A stretch of DNA of 61,968 bases, counting the filler, from Candidatus Desantisbacteria bacterium CG1_02_49_89 (lineage in GTDB: Bacteria; Desantisbacteria; UBA1551): the NCBI GenBank assembly GCA_001871075.1. It is 6 parts of 6 records of this genome, joined end to end, with 100 filler letters (N's around TTAATTAATTAA, not from the genome) between each part and the next. Parts side by side here need not be neighbours in the genome. Positions count along the whole stretch, not along the records: positions 7,981 to 26,336 come from MNUP01000141.1; positions 26,437 to 44,748 come from MNUP01000078.1; 4 more parts are not named here. One strand, 5' to 3'. Positions 17,890-28,218 of this stretch are shown piece by piece. Both the position numbers and the translations under genes were made by a program. The notes under the pieces were generated by a model. It did not search any database. It was given only the letters and a program-made list of their open reading frames with translations, and had not been told where the DNA came from. The stretch's first letter is position 1. Every line of letters starts with the position of its first letter.

Positions 17890-18714
17890 ATGAAGAAGAT
17901 TATTATTTTGATTTTTTTGGTTTTGCTTGTGTCCACGGCGGCGAGTGCGGAGGTGCAGGTTTCGGACAACCTGACATACGGCTTCGGCGGATACGTTGGC
18001 AACTACACCGATGTTATTGCCGGGCTTCCTTTGGACTTCAACCTGCAGGGCAGTTTTTTGGTTTCCTCGTCGTCCGGAGTCAGGTCGCTCGCGTTCACCG
18101 CAGGCGGCGGCAAGGATTTTTTCTACCAGATGATGTCCCTGAACGCGCTTTATACGGGAAACCGCTCCGGCACCTATCTGTTTGACGGTCTTGATGCCGC
18201 GTTTTCAGTCCGCCCGTTCATGATACTGACCACTTTCGCGGACATCCAGCTGGAAATCGGTTATGCATACACAAACCATACGTTAACAACCATACCCAAA
18301 AGCACTTCCTCCCAGTCGCTGAGGCTCGGTATGGGCCTGGGGATCCTGCAGACCATAAACTTTGCTGTTTCCTATTCTTATTACCGCTATCCGGATATAC
18401 CCGAGAACCTGCTTGCGCAGATCTCCCAGTATGCGTACTGGAGCCCTGCGCTTGCGGGCGTTGTGTCGGTCGTATCCGGTTTCCCGGCTGAATCAGTTGA
18501 TGCAGGGTACTCGCAGCTTTTCTTTGAGGCCTTGAATTCCTACGTGAATTACAGTTTCTTAAGATACGTGACAAACGACGTGATGAGCTCGCTTACGGCA
18601 GGCGCGGATTACTATGTCCTTGAAAACCTCAGCCTGGGCGGTTCCTACAGCGTTTCCTTCTCTCAGGGTTCGGCTTCGCAGTATATCTCCGTTTCTACCG
18701 CCATTAATTTTTAA
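17890..18714 (+). CDS. Putative outer-membrane beta-barrel protein
   Basis: Signal peptide MKKIIILIFLVLLVSTAASA; amphipathic aromatic strands; terminal Phe. Confidence 0.65.
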   Translation: MKKIIILIFLVLLVSTAASAEVQVSDNLTYGFGGYVGNYTDVIAGLPLDFNLQGSFLVSSSSGVRSLAFTAGGGKDFFYQMMSLNALYTGNRSGTYLFDGLDAAFSVRPFMILTTFADIQLEIGYAYTNHTLTTIPKSTSSQSLRLGMGLGILQTINFAVSYSYYRYPDIPENLLAQISQYAYWSPALAGVVSVVSGFPAESVDAGYSQLFFEALNSYVNYSFLRYVTNDVMSSLTAGADYYVLENLSLGGSYSVSFSQGSASQYISVSTAINF

Positions 18715-18839
18715 AATTAGTTTATAGAGTTTACAAAGTCTATAAGTTTATATAGTTTAAAATCCGTGGAAATCCGTGGCTTATTTACTTGACCCCTGCT
18801 GGGGTCTTCGTCTCTGAGTTTGAATGTGGGGTTTTTTCC

Positions 18840-18867
18840 TTGACAAATCTAAAAATATTTATATAAT
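18840..18867 (+). promoter_or_regulatory. Sigma70 promoter for the protease gene
   Basis: TTGACA-N16-TATAAT. Confidence 0.7.
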
Positions 18868-18942
18868 GTAGTATACCATATACAAAATCCGCACATAGCA
18901 TATGGCACATCGCTTATCGCTAATCGTCTGAAAGGAAAACGA

Positions 18943-20379
18943 ATGCTTAGGCATAGGAAATTTCTGCCAATTCTTTTCTTGATTTTTTGTTTTTCCATTA
19001 CACGTTACACGTTACACGTTACACGAATCTGCTCCGCAGCCGACGCCAACGTGCTCAGCGACCTGCAGGACTCGTTCGCGCGCATAGCTGAATCCGCAAA
19101 ACCTGCCGTAGTGAACATTTCCTCAACCAGGATCGAAAGAACGCAGCTGTATTCCTACAGGAGCCCTTTCGGGGAAGAAGACCCTTTTGACGAATTTTTC
19201 AGGCATTTCTTCGGTCCGGAATACGGAACAAGGAAGCAGCAGAGCATCGGCTCCGGGGTCATAATTGACAAAAGAGGTTATGTGCTCACCAACTACCACG
19301 TTGTTGAAAGGGCAAGCGACATACAGGTCGCGCTGGGGGACGGAAGGAACAAGAAGTCGTATCCCGGCAAGATAGTCGGAAAGGATTCCCGCACAGACCT
19401 CGCTGTTATCAAGATAGAGCCAAAAAAGAACGAAGATTTCCCCACGGTGCCGCTGGGAGATTCGGACAAAATAAGGATCGGTGACTGGGCGGTCGCGCTG
19501 GGAAGCCCTTTCGGCCTGGAGCACACGCTTACGGTCGGGGTCATAAGCGCGAAACGCCAGAATGTTACGATCCAGAACAACACGTATGAGGACCTGATAC
19601 AGACCGACGCTTCCATAAATCCGGGAAACAGCGGCGGACCGCTCCTCAACCTTAAGGGCAAGGTCATCGGGATAAACACCGCGATCGTTTCCCCGAGCGG
19701 CGGCTTTGTGGGTGTCGGGTTCGCGATACCGATAAACAAGGCAAAGGAAATACTGGAAGACCTTATAGAAAAAGGAAAAGTGACCAGGGGCTACCTGGGG
19801 GTCAAAACCCAGGATATTACGGACGAACTTGTAAGATCCTTCGGGCTTCCGGGCATTGAAGGAGCGCTTGTAAGCGAGGTGATCCAGGGAGAAGCCGCGG
19901 AAAAAGCGGGCGTGAAGCGCGGGGATGTCATTGTGCAGGCCGGAGACAAACCGATCCAGAATTCAAACGACCTGAGATCCGCCATAGGAAGGACGCAGCC
20001 CGGGAAGAAAATAACTCTTAAAATAATCCGCAGCAAGAAAGAGATCGCGGTAGAAGCAGCGCTGGGAAAAGCGCCGGAAGAGGAAGGCGAGGCTGCTGCC
20101 AGGGAAGAGGCAAAGGAAGAGCGTATCGGCATAACCGTGAAGAACTCAAAAGTCCAATTGGATCCCTTGGGGAAAAGCGTGGTAGTGTCAAAGGTCGAGC
20201 CTGGCAGTTCCGCCCAGGACGCGGGCATCGCTGAAGGCGACATCATAAAGGAAGTCAATAATAAAGAAATAAAAGATGTTTCGGATTTTGAAAGCGGGAT
20301 GAAGGACGCAAAAGACACGGTACTCCTGCTCATCAAGCGCGGGACTTCGATGCTGTACGTGGCGGTCGAATTGAAATAA
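18943..20379 (+). CDS. Do/DegP/DegQ-family periplasmic serine protease with two PDZ domains
   Basis: LTNYHVV, TDLAVIK, IQTDASINPGNSGGPL catalytic triad; two PDZ domains. Confidence 0.95.
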   Translation: MLRHRKFLPILFLIFCFSITRYTLHVTRICSAADANVLSDLQDSFARIAESAKPAVVNISSTRIERTQLYSYRSPFGEEDPFDEFFRHFFGPEYGTRKQQSIGSGVIIDKRGYVLTNYHVVERASDIQVALGDGRNKKSYPGKIVGKDSRTDLAVIKIEPKKNEDFPTVPLGDSDKIRIGDWAVALGSPFGLEHTLTVGVISAKRQNVTIQNNTYEDLIQTDASINPGNSGGPLLNLKGKVIGINTAIVSPSGGFVGVGFAIPINKAKEILEDLIEKGKVTRGYLGVKTQDITDELVRSFGLPGIEGALVSEVIQGEAAEKAGVKRGDVIVQAGDKPIQNSNDLRSAIGRTQPGKKITLKIIRSKKEIAVEAALGKAPEEEGEAAAREEAKEERIGITVKNSKVQLDPLGKSVVVSKVEPGSSAQDAGIAEGDIIKEVNNKEIKDVSDFESGMKDAKDTVLLLIKRGTSMLYVAVELK

Positions 20380-20489
20380 CCGTCGTAAGTCGTACGTCGA
20401 TCGTTGAATTAGAAAATTTTTTTACGTACGACCCGCTAGGGAGACGTATGACGTACGACTGATAAATAAAATCATAAAAGGATGTGGAC

Positions 20490-21656
20490 ATGAAAATAGT
20501 CAGAATAGTTATTCTGTCGGGGATCGCGGTCGTTCTTGCTGTTTCCGGCGCCTTTTGCGCGGACGAGATAATAACTGCCGCTGTGCTGGACCTGGACGCC
20601 AAGGAAGGGGTGTCTGCGGGAGTGGTATCCACTGTTACGGACTACCTGCGCACCCAGCTTGTCAAGACAAACAAATTCAACATCGTGACCAGGGAGAACA
20701 TGGAGTCTATACTTAAGGAACAGCAGTTCCAGCTTTCCGGCTGCACGTCCCAGGAATGCATCGTGCAGATGGGCCAGCTTCTCGGAGTGCGGAATATGTT
20801 CACAGGCTCGATCGGGAAAGTGGGAAGCACCTACATTATAAACCTGAAGCTGATCAACGTCCAGTCGGGAAAGATAGATAAGGCGGACGCTGAAGAGGCA
20901 TATTCCGAGGACCAGTTACTGCTGGCGACCCGCAATCTTGCGAGCAAGATGGCGGGCCTTCAGACAACTCCGATCGCCTCGCCACAGGCCGCAGCCGCCC
21001 CAGCCCCCGCCTACTCATATGCACAGCAGCCAGCCGCCGCCGCGCCTGTCTATACGCCGTATGTGCCTACGTCAATACTTGAGAAATCCGGGATAGGGAC
21101 ATACTGGTCCATGTGGGAAGTGATGGGAGAATACCCCGGTTATTTCAGCATGCATAATTTGATAGGTTACGGGGTCCCTATGGTCAGCCTGACTGGTTCC
21201 AACTGGGTTCCCGCGATAAGCCTGAAATTCTTCAACAGCGGCACGGGCAGTAACGATGTAAGGTTTGATTTTGCATTTAAGACTGTTACGGGCGGGGGCT
21301 GGGGAACCGATATGCACAGCCTTACTTTGAATATTATCCCCGCGAGTTTTCATCTGGTACCCGACATGAAATCCCCGGTCCAGCCTTATATTGACGTAAG
21401 TATTGATATGTGGCTGGGATGGGGTGAGGTGACCGGCTGGCTTTACGACTATTTTGACATTGCCGAAGGGATACATGCCAAGTTCGGGGTGGAGTTCTTC
21501 GCAGGCCCAGTGGGGATGTTTTTTGAAGGCGGTGTAGGAGTCCAGATCATGGAATTAACGAGCTGGGAAGATGCCTGGGGTGATTCTCAGGAACTCTACA
21601 ATTTCTTTGAATACATGTATTTCCCGATCAATTTCGGCGCCCGCGTCTATTTCTGA
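20490..21656 (+). CDS. Exported CsgG/HfaB-like protein with Pro/Ala linker and C-terminal beta-barrel-like domain
   Basis: IVTRENMESILKEQQFQLSGCTSQECIVQMGQLLGV, GSIGKVG; ends NFGARVYF. Confidence 0.7.
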   Translation: MKIVRIVILSGIAVVLAVSGAFCADEIITAAVLDLDAKEGVSAGVVSTVTDYLRTQLVKTNKFNIVTRENMESILKEQQFQLSGCTSQECIVQMGQLLGVRNMFTGSIGKVGSTYIINLKLINVQSGKIDKADAEEAYSEDQLLLATRNLASKMAGLQTTPIASPQAAAAPAPAYSYAQQPAAAAPVYTPYVPTSILEKSGIGTYWSMWEVMGEYPGYFSMHNLIGYGVPMVSLTGSNWVPAISLKFFNSGTGSNDVRFDFAFKTVTGGGWGTDMHSLTLNIIPASFHLVPDMKSPVQPYIDVSIDMWLGWGEVTGWLYDYFDIAEGIHAKFGVEFFAGPVGMFFEGGVGVQIMELTSWEDAWGDSQELYNFFEYMYFPINFGARVYF

Positions 21657-21769
21657 TAATCTGATTACACAGATTTTAAAAGCGATTACACAGATTTTGT
21701 ATACATAGTTCTATAAATAAATTTCTTTTTATTTTTAATCGGTGTAATCATTTGTGAGTGGAGGAACAA

Positions 21770-22903
21770 ATGAAAAAGTACCTGTTAACGCCGGGGCCGA
21801 CGCCGGTCCCGCCTGAAGCCGCTTCAAAAGAAGGGCTGCCAATTATCCACCACCGCACCTCAGCTTTCGGAAAAATATTCGAGGAGGTGTCGGAAGGCCT
21901 TAAATACGTTTTCCAGATGAAAAACAACGTTCTTATTTTCGCGTCATCCGGCACAGGGGTGATGGAATCAGCTATTACCAACCTGCTTTCCCCGGGAGAC
22001 AAGCTTATAGTAAGCGAAACAGGCAAATTCGGCGAACGCTGGTGGAAGATCGCGAAAGCCTACGGGCTTGATGCTGTTGTCGTAAAGGAAGAGGCGGGAG
22101 CGCCCGCGGATATAGGAAAAATAAAAAAGGCGCTTGCGGAAAACCCGCAGGCGAAGGCCGTTTATACAACCCTCACAGAGACTTCAACAGGCGTGGTAAA
22201 CGATATAAAGTCGCTTGGTGAGATCGTTTCAAAGACCGGGGCGGCACTGGTAGTGGATGCCATAAGCGGGCTCGGGGCGCAGGAACTGCGCTCGGACGAC
22301 TGGAAAGTTGACGTGGTCGTGACCGGTTCGCAGAAAGGGCTGATGATACCGCCCGGCCTCGGGTTTGCCAGCGTGAGCGAAAAAGCATGGAAACTTGTTG
22401 AGCAGGCGAAATTGCCGAAATTTTATTTCAGCTGGCAGGCCGCGAAAAAATCGATCGCGACCAAAGAAACTCCGTATACCCCGGCAATAAGCCTGATCGT
22501 AGCGCTTGCCGAAAGCCTGAAGATCATCAGGGCGGAAGGCGTGGAAAATATCTGGAAAAGGCACCAGCAGCTTGCGGATGCGACAAGGGCCGGAGTTGCG
22601 GCGATCGGCCTGAAGCTCTTCAGTTCCGCTCCCTGCAACGCGGTGACAGCAGTGCACGTGCCGCAGGGGATAGCGGGAAGCGCAATTTATAAAAAGATGA
22701 GGGATGAATTCGGCGTGAACATCGCCGCGGGCCAGGGCGAGGACCTGAAAGACAAGATAATCCGCATCGCGCACCTGGGTTACATGGAAAGGTTCGACAT
22801 AATAATCGCGCTTTCAGCCCTTGAAATGGCGCTTACCCAGCTCGGGTATAAGCTTGAGCCGGGAGCGGCTGTGGCCGCCGCGGAGAAAATTTTTTTAGGG
22901 TAG
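21770..22903 (+). CDS. Class V PLP aminotransferase (alanine-glyoxylate/serine-pyruvate family)
   Basis: LLTPGPTPVP, SSGTGVMES, ETSTGV, VDAISGLG, GSQKGLMIPPGL. Confidence 0.93.
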   Translation: MKKYLLTPGPTPVPPEAASKEGLPIIHHRTSAFGKIFEEVSEGLKYVFQMKNNVLIFASSGTGVMESAITNLLSPGDKLIVSETGKFGERWWKIAKAYGLDAVVVKEEAGAPADIGKIKKALAENPQAKAVYTTLTETSTGVVNDIKSLGEIVSKTGAALVVDAISGLGAQELRSDDWKVDVVVTGSQKGLMIPPGLGFASVSEKAWKLVEQAKLPKFYFSWQAAKKSIATKETPYTPAISLIVALAESLKIIRAEGVENIWKRHQQLADATRAGVAAIGLKLFSSAPCNAVTAVHVPQGIAGSAIYKKMRDEFGVNIAAGQGEDLKDKIIRIAHLGYMERFDIIIALSALEMALTQLGYKLEPGAAVAAAEKIFLG

Positions 22904-22922
22904 CCGCAGGCTTCAGCCTGCG
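22900..22922 (+). repeat. REP-like palindrome overlapping the stop codon
   Basis: GTAG followed by cgcaggct-tc-agcctgcg. Confidence 0.6.
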
Positions 22923-23138
22923 TTACTATCGCGATCGTATTTATACAACCAACTCTGGGGAATTTATGCGTTCAGCTTATTATTTCCTCTCCCCTTGCGG
23001 GAGAGGATTGAAGGTGAGGGGAAACAAGGGCGCTGATCTGCCGATAAGGCAGTGCGGCGCCTTCTTATTTATGAAAAGCCCTGAACTATTCCCCCGATGC
23101 AAGATCGGGGTCAAGTTCAGGGTAAAAAGGATAAACCA

Positions 23139-24218
23139 ATGGTTAAATTCAAAAAGACTTTGCTTGACAAGGTTGCGTTCGAGGCGGCATCGGTTTTTGA
23201 CGTCAATAACGACGGGAAGCCGGACATTGTGTGCGGCGGGAACTGGTACGAGGCGCCAGGCTGGAAGAAGCATAAGATATGCGACGTAATGCCCTCGGGC
23301 GAATACTTCGACGATTTCTCGGATATCCCCATGGACGTCAACGGCGACGGGTTCCTTGACATCGTGACAGGCGGGTGGTTCGGCCAGGCCATGTACTGGA
23401 GGGAAAACCCGAAGGGCAAGCCCGTGGAGTGGGCTGTCCGCGAGATAGACAAGTGCGGGAACATTGAAACAACAAGGCCCTTTGACATAGATAAAGACGG
23501 AACGCAGGAAATTATCCCGAATACTCCGGGCGCTCCGCAGATCGTATACAAGCTTATTGTTGAAAAGAACGGGAAGGGCTCGGGCAGGTTCGAGAAGTTC
23601 ACGCTCATGGACAGGCCAAGCGGCCACGGGCTGGGGTTTGGGGACATAAACGGGGACGGCAGGCCGGATATAGTTCTTTCCGGGGGATGGCTTGAAAACC
23701 CACCGGAAGGCCTTAGGGGGAAATGGACGTTCCACGAGGAATTCAACCTGGGTTCAGCAAGCGTCCCGGTATTGGTATATGACGTGAACGGGGACGGCCT
23801 TGCTGACCTGATAGTGGGCCAGGCGCACGGCATAGGGCTTTACTGGTACGAGCAGAGGATGTACCAGAACGGGAAAAAGCGCTGCTGGATCATGCACGAG
23901 ATAGACACGACCCTTTCACAGTTTCACGACATGCAGATGGCCGACATAGATAATGACGGAAAGCCTGAGCTTATAACCGGCACAAGGTACCGCGCTCACT
24001 GCGGCAACGATCCCGGCGAGGATACCGACATAGTTGGGTTATATTACTTCAAGATCAGCAAAGGCAGGTTTGAAAAGAACGTGATAGACTACGGCAAGGT
24101 GCCGGGCGCAAGCGGCACAGGCATTTATTTCGCTGTTGCCGACATAAACGGGGACGGCAGGCCTGACATCATCGCGCCGGGCAAAGAAGGGCTTTTCCTT
24201 TTTGAAAACCTTGGTTAA
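23139..24218 (+). CDS. FG-GAP/VCBS-repeat beta-propeller protein
   Basis: Seven DxxxDGxxD-type repeats (DVNNDGKPD, DVNGDGFLD, DINGDGRPD...); ATG 23139 after AAGGA. Confidence 0.88.
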   Translation: MVKFKKTLLDKVAFEAASVFDVNNDGKPDIVCGGNWYEAPGWKKHKICDVMPSGEYFDDFSDIPMDVNGDGFLDIVTGGWFGQAMYWRENPKGKPVEWAVREIDKCGNIETTRPFDIDKDGTQEIIPNTPGAPQIVYKLIVEKNGKGSGRFEKFTLMDRPSGHGLGFGDINGDGRPDIVLSGGWLENPPEGLRGKWTFHEEFNLGSASVPVLVYDVNGDGLADLIVGQAHGIGLYWYEQRMYQNGKKRCWIMHEIDTTLSQFHDMQMADIDNDGKPELITGTRYRAHCGNDPGEDTDIVGLYYFKISKGRFEKNVIDYGKVPGASGTGIYFAVADINGDGRPDIIAPGKEGLFLFENLG

Positions 24219-24220
24219 AG

Positions 24221-24340
24221 ATGATTACGGTGATTTTACAAGATGATTACAGTGATTATTGAAATATTCTGGTATTAACAAATACTGATTTTGGCTGTTT
24301 TTAAATAATCACTGAAATCTTAGTTGAAATCACTGTAATC
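24221..24340. repeat. Element with inverted GATTACRGTGATT/AATCACYGTAATC arms
   Basis: Same arm family at about 1652, 13290, 45400-45630; related at 21660-21750. Confidence 0.85.
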
Positions 24341-24352
24341 AGAGGAGAAGAA

Positions 24353-25771
24353 ATGGCTCGTATTGCTATGATCGGGGCGGGAAGCATAGTTTTCTGCAAG
24401 ACCCTTATGATGGACATAATGGCGACAGAAGGCCTGGAAGGCAGCACTTTCGCGCTTATGAACCGCACAAAGCCAAAGCTTGACCAGATGGAAAAGTTCG
24501 CGAACCGCGTTGTAAAGGAAAACAAGCTGCCCGCAAAGATCGAGGCGGCCCTTGACAGGCGCGAGGCGCTCAAGGGAGCTGATTATGTGATCAACATGAT
24601 CCAGGTGGGCGGGGTTGACGCGTTCGGCATGGATTACGAGATACCCATGAAATACGGGGTGGACCAGTGCATAGGGGACACGATGGGGCCCGGCGGCATA
24701 TTCAGGACGCTCAGGACTGTTCCGGTTGTGAACAGCATAGCCCGGGACATGGAAGAACTCTGCCCTAACGCGTTCCTCCTTAACTATACAAACCCGATGG
24801 CTATGGTATGCTGGGGGCTGGGGGAAGCGACAAAAGTAAGGTTCGTGGGCCTGTGCCACGGCGTGCAGACAACCCTGGACCTTATCGCCCGGTACTGCGG
24901 GGTTAATGACAAAAAAGACATAGATTACCTCTGCGCGGGCATAAACCATATGGACTGGTTCCTGAAACTCGAGAAGGACGGCAAAGATCTTTATCCTATC
25001 CTGAAAAAAAATATCGAAAAGCCGGAGTACTACATAAATGAAAAGGTGCGCTGCGAGGTAATGAGGCACCTTGGTTATTTTATGACCGAGAGCACGGGCC
25101 ACCTTTCAGAGTACCTTCCGTGGTTCCGCAAGAACAAGAAGGCGCTGGACCTGTACTGCGACCAGCCCAGCTTCGGCGGGGAAACAGGGGCGTATTACAA
25201 ATGGTGCAAGAGGATAGCGGAAAAATTCAAAGAGATCGATTACCTTGAAGAAGAGTCGCCGAAACTGAAAAAGAGAAGCAGCGAATACTGCTCCTATATA
25301 ATCGAGGCGATGGAGACGAACAAGGTGTTCAAATTCATGGGCAATGTAAGGAACGAGAACCTGATAACGAACCTTCCCAACGGCTCATGCGTGGAAGTGC
25401 CTGTTTTCGCTGACAGGTCCGGTTTTTACGCAACCCGCGTGGGAGACCTGCCGCCCCAGTGCGCTGCGGCGAACATGCTCAATATTATTCCGCAGGGCCT
25501 TGCGGTGAAGGCGGCGCTTACAGGGGATTTTGAGCTTGCAATAGCCGCCGTGCAGACCGACCCGCTTACCTCAGCGGTCCTGACAATGAAGGAAGCAAGG
25601 GATATGGCTGTTGAAATGTACAAGGCGGAGAAACAATACCTGCCGCAGTTTGACGAGAAGGACGTGCGCAGGGTCTCCGAGATAAAGATCCCGAAGGGTA
25701 CGAAAGGCGTGGACGTGCCGCTTGACCCGGCGCTTGCGATAGTGCACAGGTTCGGCGAGCTGGCAAAGTAA
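24353..25771 (+). CDS. melA: Glycoside hydrolase family 4, alpha-galactosidase-like
   Basis: IAMIGAGS, DQCIGDTMGPGGIFR, NYTNPM, VGLCHGVQ, AGINHM, TESTGHLSEYLPWF. Confidence 0.85.
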   Translation: MARIAMIGAGSIVFCKTLMMDIMATEGLEGSTFALMNRTKPKLDQMEKFANRVVKENKLPAKIEAALDRREALKGADYVINMIQVGGVDAFGMDYEIPMKYGVDQCIGDTMGPGGIFRTLRTVPVVNSIARDMEELCPNAFLLNYTNPMAMVCWGLGEATKVRFVGLCHGVQTTLDLIARYCGVNDKKDIDYLCAGINHMDWFLKLEKDGKDLYPILKKNIEKPEYYINEKVRCEVMRHLGYFMTESTGHLSEYLPWFRKNKKALDLYCDQPSFGGETGAYYKWCKRIAEKFKEIDYLEEESPKLKKRSSEYCSYIIEAMETNKVFKFMGNVRNENLITNLPNGSCVEVPVFADRSGFYATRVGDLPPQCAAANMLNIIPQGLAVKAALTGDFELAIAAVQTDPLTSAVLTMKEARDMAVEMYKAEKQYLPQFDEKDVRRVSEIKIPKGTKGVDVPLDPALAIVHRFGELAK

Positions 25772-26120
25772 CTTTAACCACGGATTTCTTCCTGCAGTCC
25801 GATGTAACATCGGACTCAACGCAGGGACCTTCGGGTCAGAACCAAGTTAATGACCCTACGGCAGAGATCAGCACAGATTATTCTACATTAGGTTTTTAGT
25901 ATCCAGTATATTTAACTTTTAACTTTCAACGTTCAACTTTAAACCGTGAAGCCTTCTTTGGGATTTTGGCTGAACACACGGCAAGCGATTGCATAGTAAG
26001 CGCGCTTACCGGAAGTTAAAATTATGGAAAAATATATAAATACTTGACAATTATGCATATTTATATATTATATATATCATATACAATAAACAGGTCAGAC
26101 ATCTAGCATCCAGCATCTAG

Positions 26121-26278
26121 TGTGGTGTCACATAAATCCCTTGACATTTGATTCTGCTTTGAGTTGTCATTGCGAGCGACCAAAGGGAGCGTGGCAATCT
26201 CGATTTTTAGGTCGAGATTGCTTCGTCGTTAACACTCCTCGCAAAGCCCAAATGTAAAGATCTGTTAGAGACACCACA
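26121..26278. mobile_element. MITE-like element flanked by CTAG, copy 1
   Basis: CTAG-TGTGGTGTC...GACACCACA-CTAG; matches 56457-56618 apart from a 4-bp deletion. Confidence 0.88.
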
Positions 26279-26436
26279 CTAGCATCAAGATCTTTAAACG
26301 ATAAGCGATTAGCGATATGCGATAAGCGAGATTATANNNNNNNNNNNNNNNNNNNNNNNNNNNNNNNNNNNNNNNNNNNNTTAATTAATTAANNNNNNNN
26401 NNNNNNNNNNNNNNNNNNNNNNNNNNNNNNNNNNNN

Positions 26437-28218
26437 CTCGATCTTATCCAGTTCGGTTTTGTCTATCACGGGGACGTGCGTGAAATCAAAACGCAGGTAT
26501 TCAGCAGTAACCAGTGAACCCCTCTGCTCAACGTGCATACCCAGGACCTGGCGCAGCGCCGCCTGCAGCAGGTGGGTCCCGGTATGGTGCCTTGCTATAA
26601 GGCTTCGCCTGAATGCATCGACTTGGGCCGTAACGCAGTCCTCCCTGCTTATTTTCCCCTCCAGCACTTTTATCCTGTGTAATCCGGGTTTCTGCGTGTC
26701 GATCACGTCCGCTTTTGACGAACCGCCGCTCAAACTGCCCGTGTCCCCTATCTGGCCGCCGGATTCTCCGTAGAACGGGGTCTCAACAAGCACCGCTATG
26801 CACTCTTCGCCGCTACTAACCGCGTCGATTTCTTTTTCATCCCTGAAAAGGGCTTTTATTTTTGTATCCGATCTCATGGTATCGTATCCTACGAATTTCG
26901 AAAACGAGTCTCCTGCTGTGCCTGTAACAGTAAATTCCTTTTTCTCGCGGCTTTCGCGGCTTCTTGAACGCTGCCTGCCCATTTCCTGCGCGTATCCTTC
27001 TTCGTCAACGCGCATTTCGTTCTCCGAGGCTATCTCCTTTACAAAATCCAGCGGCATTCCGTATGTATCGTAAAGCCTGAACGCGTCGCTGCCCGGGATC
27101 TCCGGGGATCCTTTTTTCTTCAGGTCTTCTATTATTTCCTGTAAGATCCTTATCCCGTGGTTAAGGGTTGCGTCGAAACTCTTTTCTTCGTCAAGCAACA
27201 CCCTGGACGCGTATTCCCTTTTTTCAAGCAGTTCCGGATATGCGTCTTTCATTATCTCCACGACCGCAGGCACAAGACGGTAAAGAAAAGGACCGCTATC
27301 CCATTTTTTGCCGTACCTGATCGCCCGCCTCAGGATCCTGCGCAGCACATATCCCCTTCCTTCATTGGAAGGGTATATGCCTTCGCTGATGAGAAAGGCC
27401 GCCGCCCTCACGTGGTCTGAAACAACCCTCAGGGCAGTGGTATGGATCTCGGGGGCCAGGTTGTATCTTTCCGCGAGATATCCGATCACCGGCTTAAAAA
27501 GATCAGTTTCAAAAGCGCTGTCCGCTCCCTGTACCAGAGCGGTAAGCCTTTCAAGCCCCATCCCCGTGTCTATGTTCTTCTGTTTCAGCGGCACAAGGCT
27601 TCCGTCCTTCTGCCTGTCAAACTGGGTAAAAACAAGGTTCCACAGCTCTATAAACCTGTCGCAGGTGCAGGTTATATCGCATTCCTTCCTTCCGCAGCCC
27701 TTGCCGGCCCCCCTGTCCACTATGATCTCGGAACACGGGCCGCAGGGCCCTGTTTCACCCATGGTCCAGAAATTTTCTTTGAATTGCACGATGCGTTCTT
27801 CCCGTATTCCCAGCTTCTTCCAGGCATCGGAAGCCTCTGTGTCACCGGTGTATATGGTGACCCACAGCTCATCCCCGGGGATATTCATCTTTTCAGTCAC
27901 AAATTCCCAGCCCCAGGCGCATGCCTCCTTCTTGAAATAATCACCGAAAGAAAAATTCCCCAGCATTTCAAAAAAGGTATGGTGCCTGTTTGTTTTTCCC
28001 ACCATTTCAAGGTCATTCGTGCGCAGGCATTTCTGTACGGTAGTAGCCCTTGTTATGCCTTCGTCCCTTTTGAAAAAATACTGCTTAAGCGGAGCCATCC
28101 CGGCATTTATAAAAAGCAGCGTGGGGTCATCTGCCACAAGGGAAGCGCTGGGCAGGACCTTATGGTTTTCCCCTTCAAAAAATCTCAGGAATTCTTTTCT
28201 TATTTCGCTGCTATTCAT
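26437..28218 (-). CDS. alaS: Alanine--tRNA ligase (3' part lost in gap)
   Basis: DPTLLFINAGM, RHHTFFEMLGNFSFGDYFK, IDTGMGLER, HHTGTHLL. Confidence 0.98.
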
